Shown here one piece after another: positions 39,128-53,233 of a stretch of DNA of 64,000 nucleotides (position 1 is the first letter of the stretch; each line of letters opens with the position of its first letter). The DNA lies in the NCBI RefSeq assembly GCF_006345805.1, contig NC_043007.1:7874001-7938000 (forward strand), given 5' to 3'. The position numbers were made by a program, and so were the translations under genes. The DNA is from Octopus sinensis. Its lineage: Eukaryota. The notes beneath the pieces are model-generated. The model made no database searches. It had not been told where the DNA came from and worked only from the letters and a program-made list of their open reading frames with translations.

Positions 39128-39349
39128 ATATATATATATATTTGAAATATATGTGTGTGCGTGCGTGCATACGTGTGTGTATATGTGTATGTATGTATGT
39201 ATGTATGTATGTACGCATGCATGCATGTATGTATAGGCTTTGATGAGGAACTAACAAGGAAATACCTAACAACTTCGATATCACTATGGGATCGAGCGAC
39301 TCCACTCAGGGAAGAGAATTGGTGGGTATATATATATATATATATTAAA

Positions 39350-40010
39350 ATGCCTCAATGTGGAGTTCCCTGGATTGGGTGGTGAATTATTCCAGGATGA
39401 TGCATTGTTTACTATCCGTAATTGTGGCAAAAGTAACATTGAAAGGGAATAAGTAAAGAGCAAACTAAATTCTTTAATGGATTTGGACTTGCTATCTTTA
39501 TAGAAAACGATATTACCCTCGACTTCAGTACTGGACTGCATCTTCCGTTTCACAAACCAAACTAAAATCTTATGTATGTCAGCTGCAAATCAAATAATCC
39601 GATATGTATTATAAACCCTGTCGTCAATGGGGTGTCAATTAGAATATCTAATCTTTCATGAAAAAAGTAGACCTAATGTACAGATGCTCGGTCGTTACAG
39701 ATATAGCTTACCATTATTTAGGATGCTGCGCAAGAGCTTTCAAATCTCGATTTTATAACCACGTCACATCACATAGGAATAAAGAAAGCTCCACTCCATT
39801 AAGCAAGCTAATCTAACAGCTTAGATATAACAAAACAAAATACGATATTAAGCAGTCGACATTGACAAGCGCACCATCTTACGCCGTAGCGAAACGGAGA
39901 TGCGAACTTATACGTAAAAGTACAATATCATAAATAAAAGACAGGAATAAGTGTATTTTACAATAAAACCCTTAGATTACTTCCTCTATAATTAATCAAG
40001 TGAAAAATTG
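39350..40010 (+). mobile_element. Penelope-like element RT and GIY-YIG remnant, highly degenerate
   Basis: LFQDDAL (RT DD motif); DITLDFSTG..PFHKPN..YVSCKSNNP..I..RISNLS; YLGCCARAFKSRFYNH...TPLSKLI*...RCEL. Confidence 0.75.
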
Positions 40011-40740
40011 GATATGATAGCACTCGCAAACCTTCCTAGTTCAATACATTAAGAATGATAAATATTTAAATTAAGTGACAATTGTCATTTTCATTTTTCG
40101 CTTTTTTTATGACAACATGTCCATTTACAGTATTTTTGTCCTATATCCATTCCCTTATTTTCCCATTTTTTCGGTGTATTTTACGCCTGTTGTTTTGTGT
40201 TGCTTTGGTTTTTATGTTTATTTTGTTGGTTTTTTTTTCTATTGAGAGGTTTATAGGATCCAATGTTAGATTATTTTCTTTAGTCAATCCACGGTGATCG
40301 CTTATAAGTTTTAAGCTTATAAAATATTATTATCAGTTACAGAATTGTAATATCGGCACTGCTTATCAAACCATCGCAGAATGTGTGTGCACGGTATGTA
40401 TGTTTGTATGTTTGTATGGTATGTATGTTTGTATGTTTGTATGGTATGTATGTTTGTATGAGTATATATACATACATATATGTATGTGTATGTGTGAGTC
40501 AGCCGGACTAGTTTCATTAGCGTTAAAATTTCGTTACATATATCCCTACATCGAACCATCTGAAACGTAACTGCCCCAAATGGTCGTGACTTCTGGAACT
40601 TCAGTGAGGAAAGAAAGCCATCAATGACCCGTCTTTTTTTTTTTTTGCCTGTCCTTCTAATTGTTTCTCTTATCCGCCTTTGTATCGTCTATCTGTTCGA
40701 ATGTTTTAATGCTCTCTATTGCGTTTTGTTCCATTTTTAT

Positions 40741-40785
<45 letters not shown>

Positions 40786-40794
40786 ATGTGTAAC

Positions 40795-40869
<75 letters not shown>

Positions 40870-41253
40870 ATTTATTAATGCACACAGGCACATACACAAA
40901 CATGGCTGAAGTGCAGATGATTACTTTAAGAGACTTTCCTCTTTTTCTTCGCAACGACCTCGAACCCAAAAGAGTAAACAAAGGAGAAATAAACAGACAG
41001 AAACAAGGAAAATGTCCCTTGTATTTGAATACTATGCAAATATTCTTTTAAAAAAACTTTTCTTTTAATTTTTCCTAAATTTAATTGCTTTCCATGCTTA
41101 CAGTTGAAAAAGTCTCAATGACTGAAACCGGTACTGAAATGTCTTTTATAAAATTATTTTAGCATTTTCTATCTTGACTTTGTTTCTAAATATATATATA
41201 TATATACCCATATATATATACACATATATATATACCATATATATATACACATA

Positions 41254-41293
<40 letters not shown>

Positions 41294-41361
41294 CATATAT
41301 ATATACATATATATATACATATATATATTATATAATATATATATATTATATATATATATAT

Positions 41362-41403
<42 letters not shown>

Positions 41404-42273
41404 AAATGTGAGTATGTGTTTACACATGTATATACAATGTGTGTGTGTGCGTATCCATCTACACACCATCCACACAGACGCGTACACTAGTAATCGGATA
41501 ACATCGAAAAATACGAAAGAAAGGAAAAAACAGTGTCTTTTTTCCCCAAAACAATCCTTCATTCTTAAATTCATTTAACTATTTTCAGACTTCTCAAAAT
41601 ATGGTACCATAGTCAATGAGATTATTTGAGATATGGAAATTGTTTGACATAAATACCACTTCAGTAACCAGAATTTTCAGAAAATATATTTCTCGCCTTA
41701 AATTTGTCATCCGGTGTTTTAAAGAATCTACAAGTACGAGAGATGTTCCTAGTGTTTGAATTTAACCTCCTCAATAATTTCAGACTGCCATTCTTTCTTT
41801 TGCAGTCTTTTATCCAATATTTCATCTTCGATGGCATCTTGTGAGAGCAATATTATTTTTGTCTTTATTCTGTCCCTCTACGGCGCGTCTTCCTCTTAGA
41901 CTCATTTGTGTAATTTTAAAGACAGTAACTTTTGATATTCTTCGTGTATTTAGCTTCCAGAATGGACTTTTTAAAAAGTAGAATCCATATTGCTATAAAA
42001 CACATACCTCTCCACACACACGTACACACACACACACACATAAATACTTTTGAATACACACATATAAATACGTTCATATACACGTGATTACAGACAAATT
42101 TCAAAAGAAATTTTAATTAAAAATTATCTTTTAAAAGTCTCTTAAATTAATCGTCTGCACTTCAGACATGGTGTGGAGAATGCATATTCATACACACAAA
42201 TACGCGCACGCATACACAGACACAGACACCAACACACACATACACACACTAACACACACACATACTAACACAT

Positions 42274-42332
<59 letters not shown>

Positions 42333-42341
42333 GTATATATG

Positions 42342-42384
<43 letters not shown>

Positions 42385-42489
42385 ATGGGGTGGGGCACGA
42401 GTAGTATCTGAATTCTCATTTGAAGTAAATATTAAAAAACTCCAACACCACATATTGAGTACTATCATTCTCATTCGTTGATAAAATGT

Positions 42490-43780
42490 CACTTTGAATC
42501 TCAATCACGAAACAACCAAGAAACCGCAGCCACCTTGTTAAATCTTTCCAGGACATTGGCGTGCCTCGGCTTTCTCACCAAATTCCTCTTCCTGCATATC
42601 TCGATGCTGTTCAAATCCTCCTATTCGTGGCCTTCCTATATTCTTCTTTCAGTTGGCGACGAGTTGTCCATTCATAAACAAAGTGAAGTCATACTAATGT
42701 GCAGCGTGATCAGTGTATTTAATTTCCCATCGTTTAGGAATCAGACAAGAATTGTGTTGATGACTTACCAAAATTGTATTCCCTATGACTTTATTTTCTT
42801 TGTTTTTTTACTAGCTACCATTTTAACTTTTTTCAGCACTTATTTTCATTTCAAATCTGTCGAGATATGATGTTAGATATCTAACATTACCTCCTATTAC
42901 ACGAATATCATTTAATACGAAATAAGCTTTCCGTCATTATGTATTCAACGAAGAGAAACACAAAATAGGCTTCCTGAAAGAACACACCTTTACTTAATAC
43001 CAAATGTTGTTTGAAACTAATTCTGGCAGGAATTTACAACCATATTCATATAATAACCTCATAAGCTTCACTGTGATAGGCTGATGTTGTATTTTCTCGT
43101 AACAAGCGATAGTTCCGCATGCTGCACACGGCCAAATGCTTTTCCAAAGTCAACAAATTCGTAGCAAAGGTCGGACTGGCGTATCAAGTATTTTCCTAAT
43201 AGCATATTAACGTCACAAATCTGCTCAACAGATTGTGGTTCACTAAATATTTTTATTGTTGATTTCGTCAAGAAAAACATATAACAAATCCTTTGTTAGA
43301 TGGCTAATTAAACTGCTATGTTTGTTTACTTGCTGGTGTTTCCTTTCTTTGGCAACGGGATAACATCTGATTTTTTTTTTCAATTTGCTGGGCTCTTCTT
43401 CTGTACCTAAAACATTATTACAAGATGTTACAAAGAACCTCAGTGACCCAGTCACCTCTCTCACTTAACAGCCTGTATTTATGTTATCTACATCGGTTAT
43501 TTATTACATTTTCGTTTCCTTAATTGTTTCTCTTGCTCTTTCTTCGCAGATATCTTGCTCTGACTCTATACTAAAGTGACTTTTCCTTTTCCTAATCGCT
43601 TCAGCACATTGTAGTCTACCTCTCCTTTTGTTGATTGCTCTTCTTAGTACTCTCTTCATTTAACAATTATTATTCTTATCTTTATTAGTACGCAGCTATA
43701 TTTATCTTCAACAACGTGAGATATTCATTATCCATTCTTTGGTTTAAATCTTAAACCATTTTCTTGTTTCAAATTTCTTC
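42490..43780 (-). mobile_element. RTE-clade LINE fragment, highly degenerate
   Basis: SVEQICDVNMLLGKYL..QSDLCYEFVDFGKAFGRVQHAEL...RKYNI resembles the RTE RT motif; boundaries approximate. Confidence 0.65.
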
Positions 43781-45544
43781 TTTTATCACGCCTGCGCAAA
43801 ACATTTTTATTCATTCTGGTATCCTGAACATTCTTCTTTTCACCAGGAATCCTGACACTTGAAATTCTCAGTACTTCTTCAAAAGTTCCTCTTAATTCTT
43901 GAAATTTACATTTCTTTATAATTAATTGTATCAATATTTCTCTCATTTCTTCTTTGCTTCGCATTTTCAATTTTCTAAAAATCTAAATTCATTTTTCAAT
44001 TTTGATTACTTTGGGTTGATTCGAGCTTAATTGTTAATCATTCAGATGTACTAATCGCTACCTGTATTAACATTTCGAAAACCACGATTTTCGGAGGATG
44101 AAAAGAAAACCGTTCTGATAAACAGTGAATCATTGTTTTTCACGCTTTCTACTAATGTAGTTTGTTTCTTTCCTTTTTTTTATAAAGACTCTTGTTAGTT
44201 TAGTTTTGACTGTTTTTGTTGTTTTTGTTTTAGTTTTTCTTTTTACAATCCGCATTCATCACTTTTTTCTTTGATAATATTTCGGCGCAGCTGTTGATCC
44301 ATACATAATGCTTCCATAGAAATTTGATATAATCTACATTTTCGGTTGTATCTTGAGACTTCAAAGTGTTTCACTGTCTCTTTTGTTGATTAGATATTTC
44401 GTAGCAATTTTCTGTTCTTACAAACGCACAGACTTCGAAAGGTGATGAGATATAAAGGTCATGGGTCCAAGAAAGGCTGCGCTTCATGTTCACATTAGTG
44501 TTGTAGCAAGTCATAAAAGGCGGCAAAATGACGTAATGGTTATTTGCCCGAACAAGCATAATTGTTGGTATCCCATTGGTTAGAATTACTGCCCATATAC
44601 GAATTCTAAACTTTCGTCAAAGAAATCTTTCATGAAATACGGTTCTTAGGATTCGGATATGAGCAGTTATAAAAACCCTGATTTGGGGGAAATTACTCAG
44701 TGATCATTGGATGTTACTAAACTCCATGACACTCACTCCTTGAGATATTGGCTGTTTTTCATGCCATGTCTATGATAAAGATCCAACAAGACTTATTTGA
44801 ATTGTTTTGAACTCCAGTAGTTAGTATGAAGGATCAGCTAGTGTGAATTTTAAGTCGTAACTTTCTACGACGAAATGACCTTACTTTCCAATTGTACTGT
44901 AAAATGCTAAATGTACATAAATAAACTTATGTAGTAATTATTTCCTCTTTCTTCACGTTCTTCAGCTTGTTAATGAAATTTATTTCTGCAATTATGAAAC
45001 TGTATTTTTCTATAGCGGTTCAAAGAACGCGAATTTATTTATCTTCAACATACATGCACGCATAAAATGTCCGTTAGCGTCTCAGAGTATATATTTCTCG
45101 CTATGACGTTTATATAGCTGGAGTCAGGATTTATGTATAATGATAACACTTATAAGTAAGTTATAAGTGACGTCTCTATCAGCAAAGATTCCAATTTCAA
45201 AAGTAAAATATATTTATTATCTATTTCCAAATAAATAAGAAAAAAACCATTACAAAAGTAGTGGTATTCAAACAGTCTCCAAACCCGACTATAAAAGTGT
45301 CAGCTTCAAAACTTCGAGAAGCACACACATGTATAGACATCTTTGATGTGTTCAGTGTTCCACAGGCAGATCTTTGGGGTATGTTAGTCTAGGTGTTTTA
45401 AAGTTCCCGAGATCATCAGGAAGAGAGTATTTCCAACGGAGCTCACTGCTGACTCGTACAGTGCTGTTCTCTTCGTTTTTCAGCATTAGCTTTATATATT
45501 TATTTTTGTTGCTGCAGATTAGCGGATACAATATGTAGGTGGAT

Positions 45545-45728
45545 CGTTAGTAGCCCCTACACGCAATTGTTTTCTCTCCTTGTTTCTTTTCTGTGTATCT
45601 TTCTGTTGAAGAGCGTAGGCTCGAAACGTAAAAGACTTGTTTTATTTCTATTCCTGAGCGCCGTACTAATACATTGTTTGTTTGTACTCCTCCTGCCTTC
45701 GTCTTTTGTTTATTTTCGTAACCTTCCC

Positions 45729-45731
<3 letters not shown>
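45545..45731 (+). mobile_element. Short PLE-like element with variant hammerhead motif (45598-45635)
   Basis: tcttt CTGTTGA a gagc-gtag-gctc GAAA cg TA aaaga; ends at (TA)n. Confidence 0.6.
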
Positions 45732-45793
<62 letters not shown>

Positions 45794-46421
45794 TGGATGG
45801 ATGGATGGTGGATGGATGGGCGCATGCATATATACATACATATGTAGATACATACATACAGGCAGACAGGTGCCTTGGGATTATACAAGCCTTCCATTCA
45901 TCGAGGACACACTCTAATCACTTACATATTAGCACTGAACATATCTTTAATAAAACATACATGAGTGTGTATATAAAAAAATATATGCGTGCACACACAC
46001 ACACACACATATATATACATTGTGCACACGGATGTGTCCAACTTTATATAATTCTCCAAGTATTCTTTGACAATATCATGTCATTATCCTTTCTCGTCAC
46101 TGGAATTTACCAAACAGAGTAAAAGATATGTAAAATAATTTCATTACAAGAATTTGCATTCAGCTCATGTCGCAGAAATGTCTTAGAGCGATGGTTTATA
46201 GAACAACAATGAATTGGTCATTCTTCTTTTCCAAATATAACATTAATCTCTGAAGAAGTGATATGAAGATACAGACTTTAAGAACGCATTTGTGTTTGTG
46301 TGAGAGTTTCGTTACGTCTTGAGATTTCCACTTGGGAAAATATTAAGTTTGAAAACTTGAAACTACTGCAAGGGATTTACGTGGTAATTAGACGCAAAGG
46401 AACCTACATGAGTGTGTCTGA

Positions 46422-46463
<42 letters not shown>

Positions 46464-46561
46464 AGAGAGAGGGGGTAATGTGCATGTGTGTGTGTGTGTA
46501 TCAAATCACAAGATGTTGACCTCATCAGATTACTTGTGTGTATATCCACGACTGCATGTAT

Positions 46562-46649
<88 letters not shown>

Positions 46650-46652
46650 ATA

Positions 46653-46960
46653 TGGAGGCGCAATGGCCCAGTGGTTAGAGCAGCGGATTCGCGGTCGTAG
46701 GATCGCGGTTTCGATTCCCAGACCGGGCGTTGTGAGTGTTTATCGAGCGAAAACACCCAGAGGTCCACGAGTCTCCGGCAGTGAGTGGTGATGATCCCTG
46801 CTGTATTCTTTCACCGCAACTTTCTCTCACTCTTTCTTCTGTTGGCCTGCTCACTTAGCCAACGGGGTGGCGTCCTTGAAGGCTAAAACAATGCGAAGCG
46901 CATTGTGACCAGTGATGTGTAGCAACATCTGATGGCCTGGTCGGTCACGTGATCACGTGA
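46653..46960 (+). mobile_element. tRNA-derived SINE family C, full length
   Basis: A box tggcccagtgg, B-box-like ggtttcgattccc, tail ggtcacgtgatcacgtga(TA)n. Confidence 0.9.
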
Positions 46961-46977
46961 TATATATATATATATAT

Positions 46978-47009
<32 letters not shown>

Positions 47010-47197
47010 CTCCCTGGATGTAAGACATTTTTTTCTAGTTTGTTGCACACACGCATTTTTGCTAATACATACGCGGTGAGGCTATACATTAGCGTCGTAT
47101 TATTACGTTCGCTATTTCCAGTAAATATCGGTACTTCGTTGTGCCATATATTTACTTTGTATATATATATATATATTTATATATGCATCTATATCTA

Positions 47198-47256
<59 letters not shown>

Positions 47257-47344
47257 TGGTTATTGAAATCAGTGAGCGGGTAACCAACGCTAGACTTGGA
47301 AGTTTGTGCTTGCAATGTAGCAATTTTAAACGAACGTAAATATA

Positions 47345-47466
47345 TGGCGGCGGCGGCGGAGGCGGGAGCGGAGGCGGGAGCGGAGGCGGGAGCGGAGGCG
47401 GGAGCGGAGGCGGGAGCGGAGGCGGGAGCGGAGGCGGGAGCGGAGGCGGGAGCGGAGGCGGCGGCA
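47345..47466. repeat. GC-rich 12-bp tandem repeat (GGAGGCGGGAGC)n, about 8-9 copies
   Basis: Direct sequence. Confidence 0.95.
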
Positions 47467-48084
47467 GCCCATTGCTCAATGGGGTGGAAGTGCGAATGGT
47501 CGTGGAAGGCAAGAAGCCCAGATGCGATATATGTGGTGCCACAAGCCACCTGAGAGCCTTCTGCCCCCAAAAGTTGGGAGGTAGGGACCACACCTGCAGC
47601 CCACATTGCACGCCCTACAACACAGACCTTTTGATAGAACTGCAACATCTCCCTCAACAACAACAACAGAGGCACGTGAATCCCATACAATGGGGAAAAC
47701 CACCCAGGGTATATGTCAAACCATCTGCCCTCTCTCAAGCATACACTCACACAACCACGCTGGCACTATCAAAGACACACCCACACCACCCGAGACAGAC
47801 CAAAGAGACACCAGCCACTACTTGTCTCGTATTGAAGACGAGGAAGAACCCCACAAGGTAAAGAAAAAAACAAAAGACAAAAGAAACAGAAAACAAAAGA
47901 ACCTACACCAACACCCGGAAACACAGAAGCCCCCAACACATCGAACATAGATACAGCAAAAACCACACCAGCATTACCATTTCTACAACCACCACCATCA
48001 CCCCAACCAAATCCACCAAAGCACTCACAACCACACGTCGACCCCAAAAGAAAGCTCACACTCACAAATGAGGAAACATTGAAT

Positions 48085-48650
48085 TATGTGCTCCTTTTCA
48101 CAACATGTAGTCGTAAATCTGTATCTGGTACGATTTTCTCTTTTTCTTTACCATTGATATAAGAATCTTCTGGGAAAACTACATCGATCAAGAAACACCC
48201 CTTTGCAGTGCTTTTCTCTGCCAAAGTTATGTCTGACCTTGTATGTTCAAGAACTTTATCTGTCTGGATTATAAAATCCCACAAAATTTTCAGTCTGATT
48301 TTCTAAGGCTTTCTTTGGTTTGCGCAGATACCATTTCTCAGAGGTTGAAAACCCATATTTCTCACATTAGAACCAGTGGAGGTGCAAACAGACTTCATCG
48401 TGACACCTTTTATATTCTCTCTGCGCAACCATGTCCCTGGAGCCCACAATGTGTGTCACACGTTCCACTTTCTTCCCATATATCCTACGCGTATTTGTTC
48501 CCTCTGGGTTATGCTTATTCCTTATCGAGTTTATGTTTAATGTTTCATCCTGATCAGCCACCAACAAACTTTCTGTCTCATTCTCTCTAAACATCACCTT
48601 TTGCCAACTAATTCCATGAAGATTCTGTTTTCATTTCGTTTATCTTTCTA
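48085..48650 (-). mobile_element. R4/Dong-like retrotransposon fragment (zinc finger region and RLE)
   Basis: ETESLLVADQDE..VTHIVGS..AQREYKRCHDEVCLHLHW; WDFIIQTDKVLEHTRSDI...CFLIDVVFP..KEKEK. Confidence 0.85.
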
Positions 48651-50525
48651 AGTGGCCGAGTCATTCCATACTCTCCCTCAGACCCAAGCTTCTCTTGCCA
48701 CAGGGGCGTCTGATGAGGAACAATAACAATGAGAAGAAGAAATCGAAGAAAGCAACACAGCACCAGCAACAACTATTACAACGCAACAACAATTTTCGAT
48801 TAGGAAAATAAAACGTGACTCAGACGTCAATGGACAGAAACCGGTTGTAATGTGAACACTTCGATATTATTAAGCAGAGAAGCTGATGTCGTGACAGCCC
48901 AATACCGAATGGCCATGAGAGGTAGTTTTGAATTTTAGAGTTAAATATTAAAAGCGTAGTCATAGGTATTAATACATAAGCTGTATCGACATGTATGCAT
49001 TGCAGAAGTCTTATTCAACCAGGCGAAATAATACGGTAGGTAAATTAAGTGGGAATAAACTGAAAGGGAGAAAAAAGAACAAATGAAAGAGGATATTAAA
49101 CATTGTGTTTCCAGGCTGTGAATAGATTTTATTTACGTTGCAAGGAATGAGAAACAGAAGAGACACCAATTACTGCCTTTTGTTTGTTTTATTCTATTCA
49201 TTGATGGAATCGTATGATGGAGTTGGTTTAGTTTTTCCTCTCTTAGTTTATCGAGCGGCAAAGAATAGATGGATAGTGAAATAATGAACCACGTATGGAA
49301 TGTTATGAATAAATAACTAAGCAACAAACACATGCTCGTCGTAATACACAGCTCGTGTGATACAAAAGTTGTCATCAAAGAGAAGGAAATTAAGATCGCT
49401 CGAAATACCAAAATATAGATGATGAACAGGGAAAGTAATGAAGTTTATTAATATCGCATTCGTATAAATTAAAGCCTCTGGGCATAATTAGTGGAACTCT
49501 TGATTACTAGATAGCTATATACGATGCAAAATCGAATTATTTATGCAATTTCTACGATAAACAGCTTGGTTTAATAGGGAAAAACTCCAAACGAATCCCA
49601 GGGAGAGAAAACACTGAAGGCAACAGGTTGACGAAAGGAAACACAATATTCGATGTTCTTTCAGTGGATAAAGTAACAACAACAACAAAAATAACAATTA
49701 TATCGAGAGGAATAATAAGGATTTTTGTTTCTTTTAGCTTTTCCTACATTCTTTTAATTTTTTATTCTACGAGTTTCAATACAGCCGAAGTGAGGCAACG
49801 CTTGCAAATGTGTTTTACTTGTAGGTTATATAGACTTCAGTACGTAATTCAGTTTTGTACTTAGTTTAATTCCCTCTATTTGACGAACCGCTATCTTCAG
49901 TATATAGAAGGCTACAAGAACATGCGCTAACATACACACAGACGCTGATGCGGACGTAGACACACACACACACACGTTCATACATACACACATACATACA
50001 TTTATACATACATACACATATGTATACACTTTGAACTTCTCTCCTTTGACGTCTCAAATGTAACCCCAGAAACAGCTGTTGGGTTTGTAATGCTTTTCCT
50101 CCAGCCCTTTAATTCCCTGTATCATTCTTATTCTGTGTAAGTCGGGCCTTTTTGTACGTATACATATAGACATTCTTGTATTTCATGTATTTGATATCCT
50201 TTATATATAGATCTGTCTAATTTGCTTCTGTGTACGTATGTACGTATGTATGTATTTACGTATGAATCTATGTACGTAAATGTATGTTTGTATGTGTGTA
50301 TACAGCATTTTAACTAGAGTTTTGGAGATTACATTGGCAGATAATGACACCCCATTTAAAGTACTCAATACACCAAGTAGAGCTACTTTTGATGAATTCT
50401 CCAGATATGCAACTGAGCTAGTCCTGTAATAGCCAGTTACTGCTGGATTTACACACACACATGTATGTATGTATTTATTTATATATGTATGTATGTATGT
50501 ATACACACACACACACATATATATA

Positions 50526-50619
50526 GGGGTGGCGTCATTCGAAGGCTAAAACAATGCGAACGCATTGTGACCAGCGATGTGTAGCAACATCTGATGGTCT
50601 GGTCGGTCATGTGATCATG
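50526..50619 (+). mobile_element. SINE family C 3' fragment
   Basis: ggggtggcgtcattcgaaggctaaaacaatgcg...ggtcggtcatgtgatc. Confidence 0.8.
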
Positions 50620-50654
<35 letters not shown>

Positions 50655-51194
50655 GTGTGTATACAATATAGTGTGTGTGTGTGCCAGTGATATTTGTGTG
50701 TATGTTTGCATTTGAGTGTGTGCGCGTGTGTGTTTGTGTGTAAGATCTCCGCAGCAAACTAAACGGACAACCAGGCGGCATTGGGGTCAGCTGCTCACAC
50801 ACCGATGAGAGCCTACTTCACCATACGGGACTATAGAAGTAACGACTTTAGTAGATGCCTGGAAAACCTCTCGCAGAAATGCATTTGAAGGACTTCATAC
50901 CGTACGGAGACAAACACAAAGGCTTACAAGCACATACATATAACTACATACAGACATACGTACGTATATACACACATATATACCGACCTACATGCATACA
51001 TAAATATGTACATACATACACATGTACATACATACACATGTACATACATACATACATACATACATACGTATGTACGTACGTACGTACATGCATACGTGCA
51101 TACACACATACATACATACATACATACATACATACATACATACATACATACATACATAAATGCGTACATACATACATGCAATATGTTAAATATA

Positions 51195-51367
51195 AGGCGC
51201 GGGTGTCGTTGTGTGGTAAGAAGCTTGCTTCCCAACCACAGGGTCCCGGGTTCAGTCCCACTGCGTGCCACCTTGGGCAAGTGTCTTCTATAGCCTCGGG
51301 TTAACCAAAGCCTTGTGAGTGAATTTGGTAGACAGAAACTGAAAGAAGCCAATCGTATATATGTGTG

Positions 51368-51420
<53 letters not shown>

Positions 51421-51620
51421 TGGTGTGTTTCTCTCCCCAACATCGTTTGACAACCGATGTTGGTGCCTTTACTTCCCCGTAAATTAGCGGTTCGACAAAA
51501 GGTAACGATAGAATAACTACTAGGTTTACAAAGAATAAGTCCTGCGCTCGATTTGTTCGAATAAATCCCTTAAGATGGTGCTCCAGTATGGCCGCAGTTA
51601 CATTAGTGAAACAAATAAAA
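51195..51620 (+). mobile_element. SINE family B, full length
   Basis: tRNA-like head (gtgtggtaag; gggttcagtccc), ccttgggcaagt CORE-like block, internal (GT)n, tail ggtgctccagtatggccgcagt. Confidence 0.85.
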
Positions 51621-51659
51621 GAATATGCATGCGCGAATAAAAATAAAAATGTATGTATG

Positions 51660-51699
<40 letters not shown>

Positions 51700-52958
51700 T
51701 GTGTGTGTGTATGTGTGTGTGTGTGTTGTGTGTGTATGTGTGTGTGTGTGTGTGCGCGTGTGTGTGTGTGTGTATTTGTGTGTGTGTAATGTGGTGTGTG
51801 TGGTGTGTATGTATTGTGTGTGTTGTGTATGTTGTGGTGTGTGTGTTGTGTGTGTGTGTGTGTATGTGTGTGTGTGTGTATGTGTGTGTGTGTGTGTGTA
51901 TGTGTGTGTGTGTGTATGTGTGTGTGTGTATGTGTGTGTGTGTGTGTGTGTTGTGTGTGTGTATACACGATGGGCTCCATCATAGAATTCGTCTCCGATG
52001 TTCACTCGCAAGGCACTGGCCAGGCGAATGAGGGCTGTAGTATACGATACAAGCTCAGCGTTCCCCACAGTGGGATTGAACTTGAAACCACGCTTCTGTG
52101 AAGCGAACTTCTTAACCAATCGTTCACATGTATTTGGTATTTATGCTGTCGGCTCACGCAAAGGACTGACCGATGGCGTTCGCCCATCCGGCTATGTCTA
52201 ACCGATGAGATCGTTACGTTTCATGTTCGTCTCGAACAACTAAGAGCCGAAGAAGGAACACAAGCAGTGCTGTTCCAGTGGGAAAGGGTTAAGTCTACGT
52301 AGAGGACCGTCAACGGCCTGAGGGAGGCAGATACAATATAGATGTCAAAGGAAGAGACAAGCAACAAGCAGAGGCCTGCTCCAAAAGAAAATCCAGAGTG
52401 CTTGTATGGCATGTGCATAATCTAGGGCCTATGGTGCGTTGGTGAGCAACGCTGAACAAACACAATTGTAACGTTGTACTTGATGGCGTTGTTGTGTTCA
52501 GCCATCAACACAGTTCGAATTCCCGGTTGGAATTCTCAATGTCTGCTTACGTCATCAATCCCCAGAAGAATTAGCGATTCATGACCACGGGTTGGCATCT
52601 TACTACGTGATTATCGGTTAATCCATTACTTTCCCTCTCCCCAGAGCTTTGTCCCTAGACATCAATAAAATCCATCTCCACGCCCCTCCCACTCTTACTC
52701 TCTTTCTCTCTCTCTCCCTCTCTCTCTCTCCCTCTCTCTCGTCTCTCTCCCTCTCTCTCTCTCCCTTCTCTCTCTCCCCTCTCTCTCTCTCCCTCTCTCT
52801 CGCTCTCGGCCCTTCCTCTACCCTCTCTCCTCTCTCTCTCTCTCTCCTCTCCCTCTCTCTCGCTCTCTCTTCCCTCACTCTCTTCTCTTCTCCTCTCTCT
52901 CTCTCTCTCTCTCTCCCTCTCTCTCTCGTCCCTCTCTCTCTCTTTCTCTCTCTCTCTG

Positions 52959-52990
<32 letters not shown>

Positions 52991-53233
52991 CCTGTGTATA
53001 TTTATAGGCGTATATGTGTATTTTACACTTTCCAATGTATGATGTAAGGGTTCCTTTATCTCTGGATTTAATGTGTATATAGACAGATAGACAGACACAC
53101 AGAAGTCAGACAGGTAGACAGACAGAAAGACAGGCCGATAGATAGATAATGCAATGACAGATAGAGGTGTATGTATACATATACATGAATACATACATAT
53201 ATATGAGCACATACAAACATATATATATATATA

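Larger units (their letters stand above)
47253..48905 (+). mobile_element. L1/Tx1-like LINE 5' part (5' UTR, ORF1 remnant with CCHC knuckle, possible ORF2 start), interrupted by an R4/Dong insertion
   Basis: Starts right after (TG)n; ATGGCGGCG; VVEGKKPRCDICGATSHLRAFCP (C-x2-C-x4-H-x4-C); A/C-rich ORF1 tail; FRLGK*NV...ADVVTAQ resembles an APE start. Confidence 0.6.

Noticed and set aside
46653-46730. tRNA gene (also 10464-10536, 16763, 62045-62118)
   Set aside because: No proper acceptor stem or Pol III terminator; these continue into SINE or PLE bodies
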